Shown here piece by piece: positions 40,578 through 52,500 of a stretch of 64,000 nt of DNA. The notes under the pieces are model-generated. The model was not told the DNA's origin. It searched no databases and worked only from the letters and a program-made list of their open reading frames with translations. The stretch's first letter is position 1. Every line of letters starts with the position of its first letter. The stretch spans positions 58,224-122,223 of the forward strand of contig NMRA01000794.1 of the NCBI GenBank assembly GCA_002633005.1. The letters run 5' to 3'. The stretch is from Phoronis australis. Its lineage: Eukaryota; Animalia; Phoronida. The position numbers were made by a program, and so were the translations under genes.

Positions 40578-43500
40578 CGCTCGTGCGTGCGGACATGTAC
40601 TTGTGCCTGTGTGTCTGTGTGCATATATGTGTAACTGTAAGTGTGTTTGCGTGACTGTGTGCGTCCTCACGCCATAAGGAAATAGACGCATGGTGTGCAA
40701 TATCTCCGCATGTTAACGACATGCCGTAAACACTACGCGAGGCAGGGGAGCATCGTAACCTGTACCTGGTAGCCACAGCTTCGGCTAGTGCTTCTTGGCC
40801 GGCGTTTAAGTTCTCTGGACAGCACTGGACGGTGGAGTCATCCTCACCTGGGGGGTCACAAAAAAACAGATCAATGCCTACTTTTGAAGGTACACCCGTT
40901 AGGGAACAGTTCGCCTACACTGTTAAGCTCATGGGGCAAATGCATTGATCAAAAACTTAAAAAGGATGTTGAGAGAGAACTGGCGAGAGGTAAATAAAAA
41001 CGCATAGACTTGCAGTGGAATGATGGTGATAGAAGAGTTGCGAATGAACAATGAGTTTTATACAAAAGCACTGTGTTACTGAATTTTCGAAGGTTGGATA
41101 AGTGGGCAATTAGTCACACCGGTCATGGGAACTAGCATACAGATGTATGGATGTCAATTATTTCTCTTATCACCTGTGGAGAGTTTTGTTCAAATCCTGG
41201 AGCACGGTGATACATTGGGTGCACGGTATGATTCTGGAAGGTTGGCCAATACATTTTTGAAATGCGTTCATTCAAACTATTTTTACATCATCGTGGTTGG
41301 AAAAAATATTAGATAATACCTTCATTCCGCCTCTGCTGCTATGAAAAATCTATGGTGCGACTGATTTCCCACAATGTGTTGTACTCCACTGTTTGTACTC
41401 TTGTCTACCTGCTGCGACTGTTCTTATCGTTTCTAGCATGCTCGTTTTACCACTTGCCTGATGATGAAACACGCGGTGTATCTAATATTTCAATGTATTG
41501 TTTGTGACGCATATTAGCAATTTACTTCATAACCGTGGACCTGATGATCGAAAGCTGCAGCGAGATTAAACGTGAGCTTCCGTGAAGCCTGTATCCAACT
41601 GAAAATATAGCTGTATTTTAATCAAATTTCAGATAACGAAGGTCTGCCACCTAGTTATAGTTACATTGAGTTCGTAATGTCTAGAGAGTCATTGGGGTGT
41701 TCAAACCTTCGTAAGGCCTTTCCTAAACCAACTATATATATATTTATTACTTCTTCCTATTAATATCATCAGAAGTAAAACACTCCACTACAGCAACTGC
41801 AACTGCTGCTGCCGCTACTGTGATTGCTGTTATTTTGACAGCAGATCCTGTTGTTGTTGCTGCAACCGCTGATGGTACTGTTGCGTTGATTGCTGCTATT
41901 TTGACCGACACTACTGCTGTTGTCGTTGCTGCTGCTGGGGGCTGTTGTGATCGCTGCTACTTTCACAGATGCCGCAGCTGCTGCTGCTGCTGCTGCTGTT
42001 GCTACTTCTGCTGCTGCAACAGCACTAATGTCGTGGTTGTGCGACGCTATAGTGACTATTACCGTGGATGATAGGTGTAAGGTTGATGTCATGATCCAGG
42101 AACTGACCCCACTGCATAAACATGGCGGTGATATCTGTCGATTCGTGTTCCTCCGTCGAGTCGAGATGCACAGTGTAGCTGACCTCACGGGCATTGGGTA
42201 ATGTCCACCCTACGTGACTTTTGGTGCGAGGTGTATCCAAGACTAAACAGTTAATGGCGAGAATTAGCAGTGTTACTAGATAACTAACCATTCTTGGAAC
42301 GGGGAAAACGCCTTACTGGCTGGTAATTGGGTGCACGTAGTTCACCCGATTTCGTTGATGAAACGGGACTTGAACTCTGGAACTGATAGGCAAATTTCGG
42401 TGACATTGTTCCGCAAACCTTTATCTGTAAGTTTACTTCACATTTTAGAAAGGATGCATCATTATGTTTCTGAAGTGGTGCACATTTTTGACGCCAGACG
42501 TAGTACCAGGGTACATTACTCCGATCTGTTTAGGCAAAGCAAAAACGATTTAAGTGTAGTGTCTATAACATGTTCACATATTTCAACTTCAACGGAATTA
42601 CGCTACTCACTGTTGTCGTAGAAGGGAGCAATAAAACGTGGAAATGGCGTGTGAGCAGCGCCCCACAGTGGCCACTCTTCGTTATTACACCTCCCATCAA
42701 ATCGTCGGTAAGTAGACGTTTTGTAGTTTGCTGAACAGTCCGCTTTTACGTATTCAATACCAGGAAATGGGCAAGTTTTCAACTGGACTGGACGCAACTC
42801 AAACATTTGAAGTTGGAGACACTGGTTGGGGTTTAGCATTGCCCTGTAAAGAAAGACGTTAACACAAGCGTAACGTAACTGTACGAATGAAGTTTACACA
42901 ACTTTTTGACAATCGATGCACGTATCTTCCGGTAGCAAGCAGATTCTTACAGAATTATCGAATCTTAGTGAAATTTAAATCAAACAACTGGCCAAATCTT
43001 CATCTGCCAAACAATTGCCCTCGGTGATGCTCCGAAGAATGTTTAGCCGCTGAGTCTCGTTGTAACAATGCGGAGGAATGTGCAATGACTCTTGATATGG
43101 GTAATAGTAGAACAGTGTTTACAAACGTTTGGTTAAATATCCAAGTACATTTAGGGCTAAATGAGGTTGCAAGCTTCAAAGGAGAAAATAAGCAACGACG
43201 AATCTTCAATCTGATGTCAAGTATTGAACTTTGCTTAATCCATGTGTAACTCGAAGTGTTAAGAAAACGAAGAACTCCGACCAAAGGATGACAAAAAAAC
43301 AACCTGACACTGGAGTTTCAATATTGAATCAATAACGTACGCCATTGCCGCTGACTTGGCAAGCTCCTCCAACATCACGGCGCCATAACTCACGGTGACG
43401 GATGACGGAGTTCCGGTTGCGAACAAGTTAAGCAGGAAATTCGGATCTGCGAACTTAGGGTGTGTGTCAATACCTGTTAGAAGAACGGGAATGTCAAAAC

Positions 43501-46500
43501 AATGATGAACGTGACATAAGGTTGTGATACATTAGGTAACAATGTGCAGGAGTGTCTCATATCTTGCCACACGCTTTGAACAGTAAACAAATCCTTAGCA
43601 TAACTCATATACTTGGACGCTTTTTTTTCACAAGACAGTTTTCTTGCAAGTTTGGTAAACTATGGCAAACTTTTGTAAGGTATCGCCATGTACGTGATTG
43701 TGCTACTTTTTCTATATTTTGTTCTTGATCTTTCGTTATTGAACGGGTTTGAAGATGTCCTGTGGGTGATAAAAAATATCTCACCCAAAGCAGTTAACCG
43801 TACATACTAGGGCAGGTCACCGAACCTTATCCAATGACCACAGAATAGGCCTCGTTACCATATAAAGCAAACTCGTTCCTGGAAGCAAAAGCAACTCACT
43901 TGGGGACTGCCACAGCTCAATTCCCCTACTGCCTTATAGAAACTTCCTTGCCGTTACGGTTTCACGATATCAAACATCACTATATGGGGTAGTTCTATTA
44001 TACAAAGGGGAATCAAAAATTGATCGGACTTCAAAATCACGTATTGTCCGGACTTGACAAGGCGATTACCTCATCCATAACACTAGTTGGACGCACCCCA
44101 AGTACCCGTCCGGTGCTTAACCAGTTGACTAGAGATCAAAAACGATGGCCGGATTTCCTTAGAGAATTGCTATAATGTCTGGAATGATTCAGGTCATAAC
44201 TACATGTACATTGTAAATGTAGTGTTTATTTTTCGTACCTGTTTGCTTGTTTTTGACCGAAATCGGCGATTTGTTTGCTCATTGTGTTTGAGCACCAGCC
44301 AATCTATTTTGGGTCGAGAATGCCACTTTTTGATGCATCCATGTGGTTTTGAGATTTCAGCTAACCCGTGTGAAGGTCCGACAACCAAGTAAGAATACCG
44401 GGCACTCGCGTTTCAATCCATCCAGATGGTTTTGAAGTCTGGGCAAGTGGTTTTGGAGTGTGACCCATTGTTGATTCCCCATGATATAAGATCTCTTGAT
44501 TGGTATTTTGTATACTTTGCTTGATTCAGGAGTGTTTTCTAATTGACCGCGACGTCTTGCAGAAGAAATCGCAGGGTGCTTCATGGCTCCAGACACGGGA
44601 GCTCATGTCGAACATTTCATAACGAGCCATCTCATAAACGTGATTACATTATAAGTGAACTAGCCGTTTGCGGATACGTTATTCTCTGGTATATATATTT
44701 TCATTGAAATTGAGTAATGTTGTGCTTTCCAGCGCTTTCTGGGCTTAATATGTTTCACAGTGCATTGTAGTTTGCCTTATAATGAAGATAACAAGTATGA
44801 GGGCTTAAATGTAAAAACAATAGCTCACTGTTTCTCATGCCAATAAATAGTGGTCTTCATCATCCCACAGCTGGGGACACGTGACTGTATTTTGATGACA
44901 AGTGTGCTGCTGGGAAATTAAGGTATTCAAATTATGATTGCGTCAACAGAATATGATTATGTGCGGTTATACAAAAAGGAGCCCTTCTCATTTGAGACTC
45001 CTGCAAAATAGAACTATGCAAAACCTTATTAACGTTGAACGCAGCTTTAAACCCAATCAGTCTTAACGCTGTTTTGGTGTTTATAAAAAATACAAGAATC
45101 GTGCTTCGCTGAAGTCAAAAATAAGGTTATTAAACACGTGGTTTGGTCTAAGTGATAAAAGATCCGAGTGTCATAGAACTTGAAAAACAATTGATATTTC
45201 CAAAATGGCCCTAGTGCTTACTGAAACAGAAGTCGAAACCTTCAACAGCTAGTTTTAAGGTTTATTTCCAACGGTTTTGAATTTCTGTTGACATCAAACT
45301 ATGAAAGAATCTCCTTTAATCTCAATTAAAAAAACGATCTGTCAATTGTTTGTCACTCAGGGCATATCACGTATCGTTTTGTGGCTTGACGAATCACAGA
45401 CGTTGCACCTGTGACTTATGATGTAAACAAAACATAGGCGATTTCATGTGGCAGCCAGCCCAACGTCTTTGTACGCAAGCACCTGTATGTATGAGAATGT
45501 CATAATAGTGTTGGGAGGAATGAGTTTCTGACGATTTTTCTCGAAATTCTTGTATTATTCAAAGTGAATAACTCCCACGTTAGCATTCCCAGCATCTATG
45601 AACTCCACGATCTGTTTAAAAAGATATTTCTAAACCTTTGGCGTTCCATGCTTCTTTAAAGAACCCTTTATCTTACATGTATGCCAATATTTCTCACTTT
45701 GTTGTACCACATACATGTACAAGCAATGTCCCAAGCAATTTCCAATTGATAATAGACGTCTTTCAATTCGTAAACCTACATGCACGTGGTGGCAACGCTA
45801 GCTCAGTGTGACTCATGGACGAGACATAAGTCGCAATTCCCAGCTACTTGTATACCTGGGAAGAGTCCAGTAGCTGTCTCCGGACTAGAAAACTCTAACA
45901 AAAATCCTGTGTCCTCATTCAAACTACGCGACAACCTATCACACAATATGGCGAAGACTTGTTTTTAGCAAGGTCCAGAGTTACTGAACAACTATTCGGG
46001 ACCTCTCTCTACGAAACAATAAAACATCGTGGAAGTCTAAGGTTTCTCGGAGCATGCAACAGGTTGGGTAAATTTGTTTAATTGAGCTCCAAACGTAGTA
46101 AAGTTTGGAGTTCCGGGCATATCCAGGAGGAATGGATGTGCTTACTTGTTGGTTGAGCCACGTGTTTAGTCTCATCTCTTGTATAAACTCACCCACTTTG
46201 AAGAATTTCTTCCTTTGCTCTAAGAATCGCTTCAGATATCGGAGAGCATTATTGGCCGCCATTTGCAGAAGCTTGTTTGAAAAACTCACGTTGGGAGCCA
46301 TATGGGACCCATTTAGTTTGTAGTAAACAACGCCATTGTGTATTTTGTATTCTGAAAAAGAAAGTTTAAATTGGAACTTGAACATTAATTCCTAATCTCT
46401 CTGATTGCTTGGTCAAATTAGTTAGAAACACAACATATAGTGACGGTGTGATTATAAAATAGATTGAAAGTTGCTAAATGTTTTTAAGAACGGATTTTGT

Positions 46501-49500
46501 GTCAAAAATGTTACGTTGTAAACCCCCCAACGTGCCCAGAAAGTATACATGTAGGGACATGGTGTTGGGAAATAACAACGCATGATGCGGTCTATGTGAG
46601 CCCCCAGATTACGCCATGAGTGCAAAGATCACCTATTTGCAGAATTGTTTGTTTTTCACATTTACAAGTTGTCAATAAATACAACTGCACTTAGTTTAGC
46701 GACGAAAATGCTCAAAAAGCATCGTCGTTTAGTGACCAGTTTTTTTATTAGCATAATTAGGATCATAAAAGTATGCCTTTAACAGTACCCGATGGTGAAT
46801 CTTGCGACCCCTAGTAATGCAACGAAAACCGTATAAGCATGGAGCCGGAAGCTCCTTGACTGCCTTGTCACAATAATCGAAAACTAGAAAACAATGGTTA
46901 AGGAATGGTATGTAACATTGCGTTCCAGTTGTCTCCTCTCATCCAAAAAGGAATGCATTGGCCTAAATTATTATTGTCTACCTTCTTTAATTTGAAATCA
47001 GTGGAAATCTGCAGTATAACTTTTTCAAAGTCAAATTTATATGTAACAAGAAAAAACATTGTCAGATAAGTACACATCTTGTGCGCAACCTGAACTACGC
47101 ATCCCATATTTTCATGAGGTAACTGTTATTTTTACCGTTTAATTGATACTGCGTAACAGTTGAGAAAACATTTCTGACACCATTGACATTGAAAACGAGA
47201 TGGCCAGTTTTTGAGCCGAAATCGATTAATAGGAAGCTGTAGTTCTACTAATTGCAGCACCCTCTATGTTACATTTTCTCATACTCTTATAAATATTGGA
47301 TACAGCAGGCGAAAAGGCATGTCAGTGCAAAGAAAGATGAAAAAGTGAATTGATTCACAGGTAAATGATTTTTAAGACATCAGTGTTAAGTAACAAGCAA
47401 ATTTATATATTTCAAGCTACCTCTACGCCACGTACAGATAAAGACGTCAGATAGAGGTTCTCAACTTTAGAGACACCAGACAAACGTTTCAACTAATTCA
47501 ACTATACCTACTAATCATGGCGCCATCTGTGGGTTTGTACATAACTTATATGACGTCAGCAACCGGCTCACAACTTGAGAGACACGATTAGGTAGATCAA
47601 GTAGAAAACACATTATAACTAGTTCAAATATTTCTACCAATAACTACGCCACCTGCAGGCAGACAGATAAAGAACATGACGCCAGCAAAAGGATTAAAAC
47701 TTGAGAGATCAGAACAAGCATTTCACTTAATTCAGCTATACCCAACAATCGCTGCACCACCGGCAAGGACAGGCTGATAACAAACATAACATCAGCAACA
47801 GGCTCACAACTTGAGATATAGAACAGGCATTTCAACTATTCCCACTAATCGCTGTGCTACTTGCAGGCACATTTATAACGTACATGGCCCAAGCACAAGA
47901 CTGACCAGCCTCACAACTTGAGAGACACAGAACAAGCATTTCAACTAATTCAACTATCCCCACTAATCGCTGCACCACCTGGTGGGACAGGCTGATAACA
48001 AACATGACGTCAGCAAGAGGCTCACAACATGAGAGGCACAGAACACGCATTTCAACTAATTCAACTATTCCCACTAATCGCTGTGGTACTTGCAGGCACA
48101 TTTATAAAGTACATGGCCCAAGCACAAGACTGACCAGCCTCACAACTTTGAGACACAGAACACGCATTTCAACTAATTCAACGATTTCCACTAATCGCTG
48201 CGCCACCTGGGGGAAGGTAGATAAGAACTCAAAACAGGCATTTCAGCTAATTCAATTATTCCTACTAATCGCTGCACCACCTGTAGGCAGACAGATAAAG
48301 TGCATGACGTCAGCAAAAGACTCAACAGGCTCACAAATTGAGAGAAACGGAACAAGCATTTCAACTAATTCAACTATTCCCATTAGTCGCTACGCCACCT
48401 GCAGGCAGACAGATTAAGTACATGACTCCAAGAAGAAGCTGACCACGCGCACAACATGAGTGACATGAAACAACCACTTCAACTAATTCAACTGTTCCCA
48501 CTAATCGATACGCCACCTATGAGCTGGTAGATGAGGTATATGACGTCATCAACAGGCTCACCATTTAGAGACACCAAGCATACATTTCAACCAATTCATT
48601 TATTCCCAGTGATTGCTGCACCACCTGCAGACAAGTCAGTGACTAAGGTATGTCTTTCTCACAATGCCAGTAATACTTCAGATGCGCTACAAATGGTAGA
48701 ATTAGTTGAAATAGTTGAGTAGCTCAGTGCTGGATGGGTTGAGATGACTTGCAGTGGGATTAGTTGGGTTCAACTAAAATCAATAAATTTAACTATTCGT
48801 GCCAGTTGTGGACAGGTAGATAACTTACAAGACGACATGTACAAACTTATAATGTTAGAGACACCAATCAAACATTTCAACTAATGCAACTATTCCCACT
48901 AATCACTGCGCCACCTGCAGGGGCAGTTTGATAACAAACATGATTTCAGAAACAGGCTTGTATCAGTTGTGATGGCAGGATAAGTTGAGATAAGTTGGAA
49001 TTAGTTTGTACAACTAAACATTCTGACATGTATGGATTTCTTTGCCGAGCAAAAGATAAAAACAAACACGTACGCACATTTTTTGACTGCAACTGGTTGT
49101 GCGTCTTATTTAATAACTCGATTGTAATTTACTATTGCTCAACTACAGTGTCTTAGATTGCGCACCCTGTCGGAATCCTAAATAAAGGCGCACACTGTCG
49201 GAATCCCATATAAATGCACAGTTTGTCAAGTTATCAATAGTACAGTTCAAAACTTAACTTACCTTCTTTCATCCATTGTTCGAATTCTTGAATGGTACCT
49301 TGGTTACAAAGTTCACCCAAACCGCACGTGCACCACTTTTCACCGTTGGCTTTCACCTCGCACCGGTCAGGTTTGAAGTCGGGGTTCGCTTTTATATCCT
49401 CATCAGGTACGCACCCACGAATTACTTCTGTTTTGTGAATAAATTATAGGTGGCGCATTAGTGTAGACCTGGTTCATGCAATACCATGGCATTTTCCTTA

Positions 49501-52500
49501 GAATGCTGCATGTAACTATAATTTCCACTGTACAATGATGAACTAATTTCCTTCAAACTTTCCTTACAATCAAATATCATACAATTGAAGAGCGGACTGT
49601 GAAGACTGGCGACGTAGAATCGGTGGTGACGGGAGAGGTTGAAATATCGTTACGTCTACATTTGAGCAAAGTTAAATCATATGCCCTACCCCCCTCCCGA
49701 ACATCTACCCAGTGCACCGACACCTGGAGATCCTGCTACAGTTCTTGGTACATATTGATCCAAGTCACAAAGTCACGCATATTTAGCATTTAACAAAGGG
49801 TGACAATCAGACTCCTTGCGAGCGAAATTTAACAGCCCACACATAGTGTTATTTTGCAATGAGTTGCGTGATCTCGCAGTACATTGTACGTGCAAGATTC
49901 TTGACCTAAGTCGACCGACATTCCCTGTCTATTTTGACATTTCATCGTGGTTTGGTGTTCTCATAAGCGAGTTTGGCAAGTTCACGCAAGTTCTCGCGTG
50001 ATATCACCATGCAATTAAAAGAAAGTGTGATCTCACTATATTTCTCTTGCGAGTGGCTTGGATGATAAAGCAACCTCTGACCTCTGAGTCCAGATGGCTT
50101 CTGGTCTCGGTGTTGAAAAGTAAAAATGTGTATATTTGTGCATGTGAGTGCTATTATACACATCAAAGGATTCAATTATTTAGGGTGTCCGACGCTAACA
50201 CGAATAAAGTTTCCATGCAACTCTTCAGTATGAATATGTAATTGAGTTAAACGTACCTTGCAGGATGTATAGAACTTTGACGGACTAGAGTGAGAGGACA
50301 TCTACCGATAACAGTTATGCTAAAAACGTATAAATGTAAGTTATCACACGTACAGAGGGAAACTGCTGTCATGTCTATTGAGAATTCATTTTATCTGGGA
50401 ATGTTCCAGTCCCAGATGAAAAGAATTGCAGTAGCATTCGTGTGTACGTGGATTATCGCCATGCGCGCACCCAGAGGGCTCGGGGGGCTCGAACGAGCTC
50501 CCTATTTGGCAAATTGGGCAAAAGGTCCCCCCAGAGAAAAAAAAGTCCAAGAAAACGAGAAAAATTCCACTAAAAAGGCGCAACACACAAACACACAATT
50601 CGCGCCTCTAAACGTGGTACCCTCTTTTTTGGTACCGAAAGGTCCACATCGTCAGATATTCGTGCCCCCACCCCTTTTAAAGGCGGGGTGCGTACATGAT
50701 CACGACAATATCTTGTTGCCGTGTGCTTCCGATTGCTGTTTCATGACGTCATCGACGTCATCTATCTGCCAATCACGTAACCTGTGACAAGATTATCTGT
50801 AAAAATGTTGAATCAACGAGTAACGTTTTATTCTATAATTTATTAAGAAAAATTTTCAATTTGAGAAATATACAAGTTAAAATATAAAAATTCAATAATA
50901 TCAAAAGGTTTTCAGAAACTCAGAAACAATCCTTCCGGGTAAATTAAAATTAAAACATTCCCTGAAGTGTCTTGCAGCATTTGTCGTTTTAGTTTCGATC
51001 AATTTATTAATGCTCTTGGTCTATTTTCGTGTTCTAGCTTCAAGACTGTAAACAGTAATACAAACATTCTCCCACGTGGATCACAGCACTGGAAAATAAC
51101 CTCGGAAACTGCTGATTCGCAGAACTTTATGTGAGGATTGTAGCAAGATCAGAAGCAACGCTGCGAACAGAAGGTTGTTACAGTAAGAAACAGATACTCG
51201 ATAATTATGAGGTCACAATGCCCGGTAAACCCTTGTTTTTCAGTGTTGATATAGAGTATGCATCAATAACGAAACATGTCCATGGGATTTCAATTAATTT
51301 TGTCTGATTTTGTTTACCGGGGACGCTTTTTACCTTGACCTATTTGCGATGACCCAGACTGAAACTGTCGGAGGCCTTAGAATAGTCGCCTTATCACCGT
51401 GCGTCGGAACATCCATCGGTAGACCTTCGTTGTTTTAAGAGCAGTAAAACCTCTTTTTCAGTAATGACGCCTTGGATCAATTCTGTAGGTAACCCAAATG
51501 AACGATCCCTGTCGAATTTGGCGTTGTGCACGCTAATTGACTCCACCAGGAGACTGCACACCAGCCGTGAAGTACAGCTTCATTGAAGTATTCAAAAGTT
51601 CATAAGGTGGCGTATACAATACCAGTATTTTTATGCATAAATCATGCAAGCCAGCCCCCATTTGACGAAGTGGGCAAAACGTTTCGCCTCAGAGAAACAA
51701 AACTCTGAAAAAAGTAGAAAATGTGACAAAAGTCTATTTAAAAGGCAGGAAGTACCAAACTTTGGCGAATGCACAGTTCATAGCTCTGAACGTACTCCGT
51801 GAATCTTAGTAAAAGGTCCACTTTCTCAAAAATTCGAGCCCCCCATTTTAGGCTAGATGTGCGCATGCATATGGGATGAAAGATAAGAAACATGCTGTTA
51901 CCAATGGATGCATTAGGTTGTAATTAGCATAATGGAAACAAAATATCATTACCTCAACAATATTCGTCCGTATGACTTTCAAGCTGCCATTTAACCCGAA
52001 ATTGGCCTTTTATCGCTTTCACATCGGTCTCAAATTTTTGCTCAACAATATACACCTCGTTTTTGATTCCCAGGAACATACAAACCATTATCAATCAAGA
52101 AATGAAGTGAGAAAACCGTCAATTCCATTTGGATTGGCCAACCCTGATATTCGAAAATGACACGCAGGCAATACTATTTAAAGTGGTCACGTGATTCAAT
52201 ACTGACAACTTCCCATTAGTCGTATTATCGCTCCTCAGATGAGAAGTATATTTAGGGTGAAAGCTAGGCGTGGCAAAATCCACCTTTAAGTGACTAGGTG
52301 GTCACAACAGCCATGCACTTATAAGTCAGCGTGTAACCGGAGATGTTAACGGTAGACTGAAATCATGATTTTAATTATACATGTACATTTCACCTTGTGA
52401 TACACGTGCATCTTCATTTAAAGATATTATTTCCTTTACACTCACCAATGCACAAGACACGATGAGCTTCTTCAGTTGAAAGATATCACTCAATTATAAT

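Noticed and set aside
40372-40776. ORFs with CVCV/HTHT repeats (also poly-I ORFs at 32435-32898 and poly-A/C ORFs at 41769-42201)
   Set aside because: Translations of microsatellites or antisense to real exons.
41174-41233. Candidate peroxidase exon [19 protein letters not shown]
   Set aside because: It needs a phase-2 upstream donor, but the upstream exon ends in phase 1. Exon 40766-40847 already bridges the phases and supplies the expected CC motif.
43790-44140. Possible tRNA gene or tRNA-derived SINE on the minus strand
   Set aside because: Only an A-box-like word is visible, with no B box or cloverleaf; too decayed to call.
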